A stretch of DNA of 33,000 nucleotides, taken from contig CM119379.1 of assembly GCA_051294905.1 (NCBI GenBank), positions 20,181,001 through 20,214,000 on the forward strand, in the 5' to 3' direction. A program made the position numbers and the translations under genes. Under the pieces are notes generated by a model. That model worked only from the letters and a program-made list of their open reading frames with translations. It searched no databases and was not told the origin of the DNA. This document shows positions 1-15,000 of the stretch, piece after piece. Positions within the stretch are counted from its first letter, which is position 1; each line of letters starts with the position of its first letter. The stretch comes from Botryllus schlosseri. Taxonomy: Eukaryota.

Positions 1-3000
1 TTCTGTTGGAGAAAAGTATTATTTGCCATTTATGGAAAACGGAAATAGCATGCAGATCACCTAGTCCATAGCATTGTTTTTGATTCAAAACATCGCCACT
101 GTCTGCACTTGCAGCAATTCTGTCATATTCCGAGGAAATTTGCCTGCAGATTAAAATATCAGATTATGCTTCATACAAAAGAACACATAGTTACATAATA
201 TTAAAATCATAGTCAAATTGACAAATCGAACCTGATATTCATAGCGTCTTGTTCAGCATTTTGACTGGAATTGAGCTTTTCAGGGAACAAGGATCCTTGA
301 GGCAAGCACTTGGAATTATTCCACATGGATTCCAGGCATTCTGTCGGGTGTGGACCGTAGTACGCCTCACAACCACCAGGATACACTACAATAAACAGAT
401 GTATTTAACTGTTGTAAAAACATAAATGGATTTCTTGCCTATTCCAAAGCATTCCTCTTGCTCGGTGGCATTGCCATTATCAGCCATGTCGAACGTCGTC
501 TCATACAAGGCAATAATATCTCTGAAAATAGCAACATATGGAACGATGTACAAACTACATTCCTACTACTATACTGTAGCACTCACCTAAGGTTCATAGA
601 GTCTAAATTTGTGTGTTCAATCATAGTAAGATTGTAGGGATATTTGTAGCCTGCGCGTAAACACTTTGCACCAAGCCACATTGTCACGAGACATTCGGTG
701 GAGTGTGGACCATAATAGTTGGTGCAATTAGCAGGATACACTGTCATAAATAAAATACGTTAACTGAAATTTTTTTCAAAATGTCAATGTATCTTACCAA
801 GACCGTAACATTGCTTTTGACTGGAAATATCCCCATTGTCTGCGTCTGATGCAGTTCGATTATAAAGAGATGATATTTTTCTACAAATACAAAAAAGATT
901 CATATCTGCAATTTATGGCAATTATGGCAATACAAAATTACATATCAATATCAAACCATCATATATTTCACATCATGGCATCACAGTGCCATTAATTATT
1001 CATTTTATTGAAGTCAAGAATAATTACTGAATGCGGCCAAATTACGGCTTCGATATTTGAATATTAGCATTGATGGATTCCGAATTCAGTAAAAAAGTTC
1101 AAAAAAATTATTATCGGTATCTGTGAATATACAAAACTTCACTAATTGATATCTGACCTGACATTCATTGCATCAAGTTCAGCATTCTGACTTATATTCA
1201 ATTTCTCCGGGTACAGATCCCCTTCAGGTAGACAGTGGGATTCATTCCACATTGACTCGAGACAATTTGTGGATTTAGGACCATAGTATGAGTCGCAACC
1301 GTCCGGATAAACTGGAGACGCAAGACAAATTTAATATATGAACAGCAACAACCCAAAAGATAAATATAAGACGCACCAAGTCCTAAGCATTCCAACTGTT
1401 TGCTTGTATTTCCATTTTCAGCTAAACGGAACGTCTCATTGAACAGCGAAATTATGCCTCTGAAAACAGGCAAGTGGATGAAAAGATTGATTGGAAAAGG
1501 AGCACCTACCATATACCAACCTCAAGTTCACAGTGTCTAAATACAGCAGCTCACTAGTGGTCAAATTGAGAGGATATTTCGTTCCCTTCGACAAACATTT
1601 GGCAGCAAGCCAAATGGTTGAAAGACAGTCCGTTGAATGCGGACCGTAATACTTCGTGCAGTCAGCAGGATATTCTGTCACAAGCCAAATGTTATATAGC
1701 TATAAAAAAGTAACATGCAACATCTCACCGAGTCCGTAGCATTCTTTTTGTTTCGACACATCGCCACCGTCTGCTTCCCCTGCAATCTCATTGAATAACG
1801 ATGAAACTTGACTAAAAACACAAAAAATGGATTGGCTTAACAACTGAAATAACACCAAAACTGGACAGATTCAGAAAGGATTCTGATTTGAAGGCTTAGG
1901 CGTACCTTTACATGCATAATTTGGGAGCCTATGATTTGTTGTTGAAAATATTATCAATTTCAAGTGAGAGCACTTTTAAATGGATCAATTAGTTCACAGA
2001 AACAGCTCCACAAGGAACTTCGAGTGTTAAATTACAGTGAAGTGCATTCCAAATCGTATGATATCAGATGGATCAAATAGTCAATAGGGTGAATTGTACA
2101 CGACTGATGAAATCCTACTAAAATTCCGTTTTTATTTCTTATCCATTGCACAATGTTTAAATATTTAACTCTTTATCAGCCGGTTACTACCACAAAAATC
2201 AAATTTTTCAGCCAGTTTTGTAATGAAAAATGATTGTTAACCGCTAATCATATAAACTTCTGCGAGACAGTTCCATAAAACTGATGCTAACGGGCTGAAT
2301 CTGGCCCCCGAACAAACATAGGTCATAATAAGTGAAATCTCACGATATGTCCGTTATGTCCAATTCAGCACGCTGACTTGCACTCAACTTATCCGGATGC
2401 AAGTCTCCTCGAGGCAAGCATTTTGAGCTATTCCAAATGGTTTCAAGACAATCACTTGATATAGGGCCATAGAAGGATGCACACCCCGATGGGTAATCTA
2501 GAAAGAGATAATTTTTAGCGTGAAGTGTACCATATCACATCTATTCCATACTTATTCCAAAGCATTGCCCTTGCATTGTAGAATTGCCTCCGTCAGCCAA
2601 ACGGAATGTCTCATTATAAAACAACTCCACGTCCCTGTTCAGGGTAAGCATAGCACAGATTCAAAATAGCAAACCTTACTCACAATCGCAAATACCTCAA
2701 GTTCATCACATCCAAATCCAGACGGTCACTTGTAGTAAGGTTGTAAGGATAGTTATATCCTGTTTGGATACACCTTGCAGCAAGCCATAATGTGACCAGA
2801 CAATCGGTCGAATGCGGACCATGATATCGCGTGCAATTAGCAGGATAAACTATGCAAAAATTATAAATTCAGAATCATTAAATTCAATATAAGTAGAGGC
2901 TTACCAATTCCATAGCATTCTTTCTGGCTTGAGACGTCGCCACTGTCTGCCTCTGTTGATAGTTCTTCATAAATTGAAGTGACTTCTCTGAATATAACAT

Positions 3001-6000
3001 AACAGATAGTATAATTACTCTGTTAACCGAATGGCATCGGCTGCAATTTTCGAAAAATTTGACTTCAATTTTCAAAATCGAATAACTGTACCTTAATGGG
3101 ATTGGAGCACGGTAAACAAGGTAGCGTTCGATTCAGAATTTCAACGCGGATCCGATTGCGCCACTCAAATCATTTCGAGCTCTGTATCTGGCCACTTATA
3201 TCAAGAGCAAGCCGAGAAAACGTTGGTTGGGAACAGGCATGCTAAATTGCGTACTTTATGAACCTTAGTATAGGTATTCGACGACGATACAGTCTGGTGT
3301 ATTGTATAGGCTTAGAATTCATCGTTCTAGAGAGCCCTGAGTCGACGGTCTACGTCTAGCAGGCGCTAATTTCTAATCAAAACAATGCCGACCGTTTTAG
3401 TCAGCTCGCGGCAGACCGCTGAGAGAGTGAGTCATGGCTCGTGACGCGCGCGCGTATGGTAAGTTCTAAGGCTTATAACTCAAACTGTTGTGACCCTATA
3501 TTAGTTATTTTAGTGTTCGTAGACGGATATTTACAGTCCTTACCATAATGATTTACTGCAAATGCTTATCATTACTACAACGTAAGATATATATCGATGT
3601 ACGACAGCTCTTTGTATACCCAGACGCACGCTTTTGCGTAGGTATAATCGCTGAGTAATATTGTATGTATTCCGAATTATACTGTACCATTAGCCGTTAT
3701 TTAGAATCATATAGGCTACAACAATTCACAGACACAATCTATGAATGTTTATGGCTATCAGAACACGATATATTTCACGGTATGTGACGGGTATTCAGCC
3801 ATGTGCTTGAAGCTGGTACGGTAGTCTGGCGGAATTCGCTTCCCGGTTTTCAAATGAAACCTTGAGCGGTATAGAACTAACTAGTATAGTAGCTTTAGCA
3901 AAATATAAACAGAAACTGACAATCGCTATTCATAGCAACAAACTACAGCTGGTTATGACGAATAAAACCAACCAAACGACAGTGTATACGGCGGGTATGA
4001 GGAACGCGCGTGTCTGCGAAATGATGCGTCGGCGGATATTTTTGTCACGCGGCCTATCACATAGCTTTTGATCAGCTTAGGTGTAACTAATATCAGATAT
4101 GAAGATACGTGTGGACTTGTATGGACACTAGCTATTCACATAATGAAACAACTATGCCCGAAGACGGCTAGAACGAAACATACAGAACGTTATATGAGAG
4201 TGGTCAATGACGCGCAAATTGCCGACACAGTGTATTTTGCAACATATTTATCTACGGCGTTTGATATACGATTTTGACGTCTTCGATATAATAAATATCA
4301 AATTACAAGGTATCAATGAACTTGTACGATCAATATCTATTCACAGAAATGAACAGCAACGACCTAGCACGATTAATATGTAATATATCGTGGTTTCAAT
4401 TACGGTACTCTTCTCTCGTACCGGCATGTCGAAAAATAGACACGCCGGTGCGAAACGGTTAAATAAGGTGTGAAGTCTATCCAGATCTTAATTTTATCTA
4501 TATCGTCTGCTATCGGCTCAACGAAGTACAAATTGATATATTCCATTATTCTCAGGCCATCAGTGTGCATTTCTTCAGGGATTTGATGAATCCTTTATCT
4601 ATCTACTGATGATGAGGAAAATGATGTTATGCAACTGCTTGTATTCCAATTCATATTAAGCTATGGTGGCAGGTTAGCAGGCACATAACCGGAGGGATTA
4701 CTCAAATTACGGTGCCTCCTTTTGCAAATGTGAACAATAAAATAAGAGCTCACACTCTGCTATTAACGTATTAAATGGGCTCACGATAGTGAGAAACCTA
4801 CTATTTTTGGATATTGACATTTGATCGAGTGTTGTCATGCTAACCAGCGCCGTTGATTTCTCAAGGCGTCATGGAATCACCAAAGTTGTAACACTGTTTC
4901 ATTATGCAGCAGTTCATTTTATATATATAATGCCATGTAACATTTCATCAGATATGTTAGGATTCAGATCTAATGGTGTACGGCAAATCTTGTTCGAATA
5001 GATATAGAATGGTTTTAAACTGTATTGATATCGCGGCACCCTCAGAAAGGGAAAAATAGTTTGCCGCACCCTAGCACTACCAGCACCCTGAGTGTAACAT
5101 TTGGGAAGCTGATGACAACAACCTTATATGCTGATGGCGGTGTGAAGGTTATCACTTTCAACCTCATTGCCGGTAACAACCTTTTTTCTAGTCGTAGGCT
5201 TCCCCAATGCTACTCATAATTTGGATGTCTTTCATGCTTTATTATATGTTGCTGACAAATCTCTTCACTTCATTTTTCGTGGCACCCCTGATCAGACTAA
5301 ACGGCATCACAGAGTGCCACTGGCCCCCTGATGCAGCCTATACCGAAAGGAGGTTGTCGTACCTCGTGCATAATTTAGTACCCAAGCTGGTTCATTGCAA
5401 TTTCCAAGTATTGATATATCAGATTCGGTCAGTTACAGCTTCGGGTAGCAATCTCAGTGCCATGAACCAACACAAAGACATAATTTGACAGGACCATCTT
5501 CTATTCATAGAGGTATACAAATTAGCTTGATTGGTGTTTGTGTTCTATCAAAGTTCTAGATGTTGTGTAAGGCCAGCTTTGAATACTTGGAGATACATCC
5601 AAAAAGTACCAATCGACGACATTTAGTAACAAGGAACCAATAAATTTATCCTCCGGAAGAATACAACCACCGGTTGTAGTTTCAGTAGAAGATATTACTC
5701 AAGACAAGGATACAGTACCATAAGCACTCCCACCTGATGTCCTTGACTTCAAGATCAGCACGTTGACTGGGTGTTAGCTTGTCCGGATACAGAAATCCTT
5801 GGTGGACACATTTTGAATTGTTCCAAATCGACTCAAGACAATCTGTCGTATGCGGGCCGTGGTACGTCCGACAATTTTCAGGATACACTAAAAAGAGTGA
5901 ACGATTTGCAAAATGACGACCGCTAAAACAAAGTGACCAACCTACCAAGACCGAAGCATTCTTCCTGTTTGGCATTGTCGCCATCGTTAGCCAAGCGAAA

Positions 6001-9000
6001 GATCTTATTGTGCAATAAAATTATTTCTCTGCAAAAAAACAGTGTGTGAATATAATAGAAAATATAATACAAAAATGACATACCTTATGTTCATGGCTGC
6101 CTGATTTGCACGCTCAGTTACGGTGAGATTGTAGGGATACTTATATCCTTTCTTCAAGCACTCTGACCCAAGCCATATCGAGGACAGGCATTTTGTTGAG
6201 TGTGGACCATAATATTGCGTACAATTTCCCGGGTACACTGGCAATAATTTCAGTTTGAATATTTTGAGAAATACAAATTATCATTCAGTTTGCAAGTTAT
6301 AATGTGGATCAGCAAACTATGCTGAGTTTGATAGATAAACATTGAAGAAAAGCAGTGCATCAGCTATACCACTGCGTATGTGCAGTTACTCCGCATCTTA
6401 CCAAGTCCGTAACATTTTTTCTGGCTTGACTTAATCCCTTCGTCAGCTTCCTTGGCAGTTTTATTATACATGGTGGAAATCGTTCTGAAAGTGCACATGT
6501 GCTTTTATAGCAGATAAACCTATTCAGTACCATAAATTAACGACAATGTTCATAAAATCTGCATGTAAATGATAAATTACAGGTTGAAAACATATTACGG
6601 TAAATAATATTATTTATATTCTAAGATTTTGCAACCAACAATGTTGCAAAAAGCACCAAAGAATACTCTATTACCAGGAGGAATGATGAACACATATACA
6701 AAAAAAGTCACTTTCTTCAGTCAGTGACACCTAATGTCTTCATCCAAATTGATGGGAAAATGGAGGTAACATTTCAGGTTAGGATGAACTGGACTTTTCC
6801 AGCAGAAAAATGAGATTTTTTTTTTAATAAAGTTCTTTTCATATTTTAAAACCAGAGTCTAAGTGCATACCTATCATCTACAACAGATTACCAATTTCTG
6901 AAAATATGTTGCACCTTTATAGGGTGGATTAATTATATCCTTAAAAAAGCACAAACATGTTCATGGGTTCAGTTTTTCTCCCAACCCCTAATGGAAATCG
7001 GAACTGATACATAGAATATCCCATGTAAAATTCAAATTTATAGCCGGGTTTTCAATTTCTAATAGAACATGGAATGTAGTGAATAGAACAACAAAAAGAA
7101 TAATATTAAATATAATGTAACATATATATGATATTCATACTTGATGTTCATGGCATCAAGTTCGTCCTTCTGAGTTGAATTCAGATTTTTGACATGCAGA
7201 TCCCCTTGAGGCGAACACTTGGATTCGTTCAACATTGATTCAAGACAGCCGGTAGTGTGTGGACCGTAGAAGTGATCACAGCCATACGAAAATACTAGAA
7301 AGGCGAATGAAGACCAACTACGATGAAAGCAAATTCAGTAAGAACTCTCACTTATTCCAAAACATTCCCGTTGCTTGGTTACATTTCCCTTGTTAGCGAG
7401 ATTATATGTTTCATTAAATCGCGCCATAACATCCCTATGAGGAAGCGCATTAGAAAGGAAGAATCATACGTAGACAGTAAGAATAACAAACCTGAAGTTT
7501 AGAGTATCTAACACTGCATGTTCACTCGTAGTTATATCATAAGGATATTTTGATCCTTCCCGTGTGCAACTCACACTTAGCCACATTGATGAGAGGCACT
7601 CGGTTGAATGAGGGCCGTAGTATTCCGTGCAATTAGTAGGGAATTCTAAAAGAGAATAGTGAAATAAATAATTGAACAATTTAAGCCCAAAAGGAACAAT
7701 ATCACTACACAATACTAACCCATTCCAAAGCACTTCAATTGATCTCTCACTCTACCTTTACTAGCAGCAATTGCTGAGTTATTGAAGAGAGTTGCGAGCG
7801 GTCTATAAAAAAAGCGGTTGGCGATTTTCACAAGTGCAAGTTGACATAAATTCCAGTGTGAATAAGTCCATCAGCTAATCCTTGACAGTAGATCATAAAA
7901 TCCCAGGAAATATTTGAAAGCAGAGACATATCATACCTCAAGCCCATTCCTGTAAAGGAACTGACGTCACTGGACGATAGCTTGGAGGGGAATGCATATC
8001 CTTCTGAAAGACATCTGACATTCTCCCATACAACACTGAGACAAGCCACCGAGTATGGTCCGTAATACGTAGCGCAACCGCTAGGGTATTCTGAGAAAAA
8101 GCCCAAATTACACCCAAAATCATTTTGTTCACTTAGCTCTAATATTACCCATTCCGAAACAACGAAGTAGGCTTGTTACGTTGCCTGCGTCAGCAGACGA
8201 TTTCGTTCCATTGAAGTCGCGAATAATATCCCTTATAAGAAACTGCATTTAGATATCCAATGCGCACAACGACATGTATATTAGATTAGGGCTTTTCAAA
8301 CTTTTTTCTCTAAGACCCCATTGTGAAAGAAAAACGTATACGGGAATCGAAGATGGAAAATTTAACCTGTGTACTGTAACTGCCATTTGTTCGACAGAAG
8401 TCCTTTGAATGCAATATCAAGTGACAAGTTTGTGAACAACCAATGCATTCCGTGAAACGAATAACAACATAAAATTATAAAACGATAAAGACCGTCTAAT
8501 GTGACAGTGTATGAAACAGAATTTGTGAGGTCATATTTGCTTTTACAACGCCAATGGCATAGCAGATAACAACAGCAAAACTATCGTACGAAATGGAATA
8601 TCAACTTCAGCAATGAAATTACTCACACTTAATTCTACCCATGACAATAATTAATATTTATATAACGGTGTCTGTTACTGTGGGCATTTCATGTTAATTT
8701 TAGGGGTGCAATAATTTATGTGCCATACTTGTATTCGCTAGATGGCGTATGCTTGACGACACTTCCTGGTCTGGTCTAACGGAATATTCTGGATATAGCT
8801 GTGATAGGGTTCGGTTTGTCAATAATAATTGGCCCACCGGACGTTCCCCCACTGTATCTACCGATCTTGTTGGGAGAATATCTTATTCGTGCTACTACTG
8901 TGACGTATTATAATTTGGATATGAGGAAATTCGATAAATTGGAACTTCAAGTAATATACTGTTTCTACCATACTTAAAGATCGCGTATATTTACATCGGA

Positions 9001-12000
9001 AACCTTATAGGACTTTGCGGCGCTGTAAGTTGAAGGGAAGACAGCTTACACAGAATCACATGGGCAGTTCAGCGACAGCAACAGTGTCACGACTCACAGT
9101 TTGTGAAGCCCTGTATTTGATTACCTCAAGTTCATAGAGTCATAGCGCAAGAGCTCCCCGCTTCCTAATTTAGATGGATAAGCTTCTCCCTCGGGTAGAC
9201 AGTGACTATATTCCCATAAAGTCTGAAGACAATCCAAATCATGCGGACCATAGTACTTTGAGCAGCCAGTTGGATATTCTGTGCGAAGGCATTAGTAGGT
9301 TAATAAAGATACAATTGAGGTTCATAAACACCAGGCCAAAGTATTAAATTTGAGAGAAATACGGAGACGCAAAATTGCCACAATGGACATTGTACATGTA
9401 CAAGTACACGGATACCAGCAGTTTTTTGGTACTTGTTACTTATTATTCATGTGTGATATATACATGTAGGAATGATCATAGTAATATCCAGGCGGAGCCA
9501 TTAATCAGCAAATTACTTTTGTTTCAAACAATTATTGAGATTATGAAATCTAAGCGTAAGGCAGTAGAATTGGACCAATGACAACAAAGTTTATCAAATA
9601 GCAACCTATACCAAGCATTCTATATTCAGATGTGCAAATTGATTAAGATTACACCAACATTGTTTCCATACATGACTATGCAATAATCTTACCCATTCCG
9701 AAGCAATAAGTTTGATTGACAAGATTGCCGCTTTCAGCCGAATCAAAGGTGGCGATAAAGAAAAATGATAGTTCTCTGCAAAATTATGACAGATACTTAA
9801 TGTCATAATGATACACGATACCATTGATGGATTACCTTATGTTCATCGAATCAAGCTCGCTTAACCTTGTACTAGTCAATTTTGTTGGATACTTGTACCC
9901 ATGAGGTGAACAACGCGCTGTAGTCCACAGCGTGACCAAACATTCAACAGAGTGAGGGCCATGGTAAGTGGTACAATCGTCCGGATAAACTGAAATAAAT
10001 GAAAAGCAGTATTGTTGCTGTGCAGACTCAATGAAAAAGGAGTCATCGAAGGCTACCAAAACCAAAGCAGTCTCGTTGACTTTTCGCATCCCCCCCGTCG
10101 GACAAAATTCTGGTCAAATTTGTCTCAGTCATGTATTGCCTGGTTAGGAATGACCTCAATATAAATATCAACGACAAAATTGTTCTTAATACGATGATGT
10201 CACCTTAAATTAAGAGCGTCGATGCGAGTATGTTCAGCTGCAGACAATTTGGCAGGATACCGTGTCCCGCTGTCAAGACAACCAACGCCAAGCCAAATTG
10301 TGTTTAGGCACAAAGTTGAGTGAGGTCCTAAAAACTTTTTGCACTCATCCGGAGGAACTAAACGAAGAACGAAGAAAAAATAACAACATTGTCATACAAT
10401 CGCATCTCGAATGTTACCAATACAGACCCATTCCATAGCATTTCATCTCTTGTGCCTGGTTCTCGTTATTGGCGGAGATGGCCGTGTCATTAAAAGATGA
10501 TATCACATTTCTAGAAATCAAATAGATATTCGCAAGTTACGACTGAGATCAAGCATTAGGAATAGTTGAAGATGTCATGTAGCCTTCAGCGATGTAAAGC
10601 CTTGATTGATAAAAAGTGGAAGCCAGTTAGCATGTGGTGGATAATCGCGATGTTAAGGAGTATCTTCAATGAGTAAAAATGATCAATTTATTAAAATATT
10701 ATACCATCGCCATAGTATATCATCCACTGCTCCTCCAACCACAATTACAGTGGTTCTTAACCTGTAATAACCTGGTGAACTCTTATGCAAATCTGCAAGC
10801 CTTCGGGGAGCCCTAAATATTTGAGTCACAAATACAAAAATACACATCTACTACACATCTATTACATTACTATAGATTACTTGCGCAAAGAATCAACTGT
10901 GCATCAGAGTGTTAGAAGGAAAAAACATTAAAATACGATTTTCACACAAAACGAAAACAGTATAAGGAATATATTCTGCAAATCAGTGCATAGCAGCACA
11001 GACTGCGTGTTTATGGTGAAACGGTCTATAGTGTTTTGATAGTATCGATCGAGTTAATGGAGCAAAAGTGGTCCCTCATGGCTTGTTTGAAAGAAGAGAT
11101 CTCTGTCGCCGTGAATAGCACGTACTTATTCGTACTAGGTATGTGTTGTGGACTCCTTAAGGAAGTAACCAAAACTTGTATTTGTTTACAACAAGGTAAT
11201 CTCGTCTTATTGATTATATATACGCTCGGTTTCATTGCTCTCGTCTAGCTTCGTGGCCTAGTTTGTTAGGCGTTCAAATTCCTAATCAAACGGTACATCA
11301 CTTATTCGTTTCGCATTGGTCGTATTTTTCTGTTTTAAAAAGTGAAGTAAAATTTTCCAGAAAAAGCAGCCGGTGCCAAATCGGTTGAGAGACACTGAGC
11401 CAATAGAAACACACATACCACCTCTACTTTCAATACGTTTTTTAACATTTTAAAAGATCAGTAAGTATCAAAGTGAATGTTTGCACTTGAGAGCTACGGT
11501 TACCATATTTTGCGATTTAATGGTAAGCCGAAAAATGATGTCAGCATGTCTGGTATTGGCACGGACCACCAAACTATTTTCCGAATAATGCAAGCTTCGA
11601 TAATATTTCACACCTTAAACCGAGTCCAGTGTAAGAACCGATGACTGTAGATGAGAGTTTATCAGGCGAACCCGTTCCTTCTGGAAAGCATTTCACAGAA
11701 GACCATATCGAGGTTAGGCAGGCGACTGAGTATGGTCCGTAATATGTTTCGCAACCCGCAGGATACTCTGTCAAATTGAAGATATTAGAAATTTTGATGT
11801 TGAGGTTTTGGCGATCTTCGGATGAGTCTCACCCAGACCAAAGCAACGAAGCTGATCAGTTTGATTCCCAGAATCTGCAGACGATTTTGTCCCGTTGTAT
11901 TCGTTCATGATCTCTCTACAAAGTGAACACTTGTGGCATGTGAATTCGATACATGTCATCAACACCATACCTCAGGTTTTGCGAATTATGCCTTGAAAGC

Positions 12001-15000
12001 TCGCTAATTGATAGCTTTGTTGGGTGAGCGATGCCTTGAGGTAAGCAGAGAGAATCGTCCCACATAGTCACAAGACACGGCATGCGATGCGGCCCGTAAT
12101 ATTGCGTACAGTGTTTGGGAAAAACTAAAATCGAAATGCACTGGCCTCGTTGGTATGAAAATTGCTACATGATATTACCCAAGCCGTAACAATGCTTCCG
12201 TCCTTCAACATCACCGCCATTTGCCAAATCGGCAGTTATTTGTAAGTAATCCTTTAGTTCTCTGAAATGTTAGCATTACAATTAGTTCAAAGCCGGAAAT
12301 AAGTAAACAATTAGACTGGGCTGGTATAAATCCAAGGTTGTAATCACTCGAGTCATGAATCAACTCGAGTCGCGATTTTTTGGTGACTTGACTTGCCTCA
12401 AGGCATTTTGCATGACTCGAATAAAGTCATATGACTCGAGACTGGGACAGCCAAGACAGACATTTCATTGTAACGTCGAAGAATAGTTAAGTTACCACAT
12501 TATTAATATTATGTCTATTGGCAGTACTGAATACTGATACTTGGAAAATAGGACCAGAAACTGTTAAGACTGAGGAAAATTGCAATATTATGAAAGCGAG
12601 CCATTCTATATCACTCGAACAGAATTAAAAACGTGGGTTCAGCCGGATTGAACTGAAAACTGAAGAGTGAACAAAATGACTTGGGTTAGGACTCAAGTCA
12701 AAAGACTAGGACTCAGACTCGATCTTCGACTAAATGACTTGGACTCGGACTTGACTCGGTGGTGAATTGAAAATGATTCGACTTGACACAAGTTGAAACT
12801 ATAAAAGTGAGATTGACTTTCGACTCCAAACATTGTGACTTGGTTTTAACCCTAATATAATCTATATTGAGATGGCTCAACTAAAATTGACATAACTGGC
12901 AACATAAACTCATGTGATGGGTAACAGTGACTATATGCCGGACTTGACATAACTATGATTGGAGTAAAGATTCTTCTGATAAGATATAACTATTTTCATC
13001 ATATATTCCTATCACAAATAGTGAACCTAACTAATTTGACACTGAACTCTACGAAATCCCTATACCGATCAAGACTGCTGGTACTGAGTGATAACGACAC
13101 CTACTTGAGATTCCATCGATTTAATAGCGACAATGCTGCAGGCGTCTGCTTCGGTGGATACTTGGTCCCTTGCGAAACACATTTTACACTTTTCCATATA
13201 GACACCAGGCAGTCAATCGGGTGCGGGCCCGTGAAAAACGTACAGTTCTCCGGAAATACTACAAAGAAAAATCAGAAACGTGAACACATGACGAAATAAT
13301 GCATAACACGTAACAATAACTTAGCCTAATAATGTCAAGTTATTCACTAAAAGCTTTCTGACTCATCAGTAGAGACCGTCAGTAATATGGCAAATCAAAT
13401 TCAAACTACAGGAAATGTCGAACTGTATGACGCTATTATAGTGAAAACAAATACTTAGTATACATTGTGGTACGGCAACGACATAACACAAGAAATGTTA
13501 CTGATGAGGGTCAGAGGTGAAGGTTTTATGGAATAAATTAACAATATGAAGTTGCCCTGAATGGCCTAAATAATGTGTTGATCCACACTCACCATAACCC
13601 GTACAAGCAAGCGCACTCTCTCTATCCCCACTTAGCGATAATTCCGTGGTTTCGTTGATTACTTGCCTAAAAAGGAATAAGCCATACTATTGAATACGAA
13701 CTATAAAGCATAATGAATGACTCACCTGAGAGTTAGTCCATTAACACGAGCCCGCTCGGCAGGCGAATGCTTAGGAGGGTAGGAAGTTCCTTCCTTTGAG
13801 CACATATATTCCCAAATAAATATCAAACATTCTTCAGAATGTGGACCATAGAAGTTACTACAATTGTACGGGTATCCTAAAGGTATACAACATGTCATTA
13901 ATACTAAATTTGCTAAATGATCATTTGAATTTGAATCATTTGTCAACTGTTCATTGCCACAATGAAATTATACTACTATATACAATAGACCAGGGGTTCT
14001 CAACCCGCGGCCCGCAGACGTTTATTTTGCGGCCCGCGACATCTTTCATTATAAACGCAATTGCCACTGGCACGATGTTACATATTAATTTAGCTACTTA
14101 GCTCTCTTAGCGCACCGTCTATGTCTCGTTTAATTACTCATTCTATGTGTTCTGGTTTCTTGATATATGCTCGATTGTAGATTGTTATTGTTTTGAATCG
14201 GTATTCGGCTGGACTCTAGTTCAAGAGAATTCCGTAATGTAGTACACTCTTAAAGGGTGTTTACCTCAGATACAAAAACAAGGAACGGCGGGAACTGGGT
14301 TTGTAACTCTGTTTGGAGCAATCAATTTGCTTTCTCAGATATAAATGGAAAACCGATGTGACATATTTGTCGAATAACAGTTTTCCTAACGACGCGTAGA
14401 AGATTAAAATTATACCACGACACTTTCTTTTGAAGTTATACATATCGCCTGATGTTAGAAAAAACATTGCTAGCTAGGTGTCATGCCCCCCAATCTATAT
14501 TTCGAGGCATTGTTAAAATTGTCGACCATGTTACAGACACATGGTTTAAAATTGCGTGGAATATCGCTAAACCCATGAAATTGGTCAGAGAAGGTGTGAT
14601 TTCAATAAAACGAGTATTCGCTGCTTCTGATACTAACAGCAAGGACAACATCACCTGACAAATTTCGAAGTTACAGTTGTCTGATTCAACCGTGACCAGA
14701 AGAGTAACAGCAATTTCAGTCGATCTTTCATCGTATGTTTTGAAATACGTTGACGCGTAGACTACTTTAGCCTAGCATCGGACGAATCCTCTGACTCCAC
14801 AGACATTACAGAGCTAATTAATTACCTGGTTTATTTTTATCTGAGTGGAAATGCTGGCAGGGCAAACGCGGGTAGGGACCAGCGAAAGACATCAACTTAA
14901 CAAAGATGAATTCTATCTGTATTGGTGCAGGGCTCCATCCATGAAAAGAAAAGGAGTAGGGTTGATTGGTTTGTTCAGAAATACCCGGATTCCAAACTTC

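Noticed and set aside
3862-5488. Short plus-strand ORFs in the 2.7-kb intron as a nested gene
   Set aside because: They lie in transposon-like or low-information sequence, with no coherent exon chain or protein motif.
11245-11290. tRNA/SINE-like A and B box fragment
   Set aside because: The boxes are too close together and there is no body sequence; too short to call.
10748-11397. MITE with ends CAGTGGTTCTTAACC and GGTTGAGAGACACTG
   Set aside because: The TIR-like ends do not share a TSD and may belong to different decayed elements. The same applies to the lone end at about 8268.
12955-13299. Plus-strand ORFs (also 16023-16256, 18628-18858, 19716-19949, 20276-20494, 23497-23700)
   Set aside because: Antisense shadows of minus-strand exons, with no motifs of their own.
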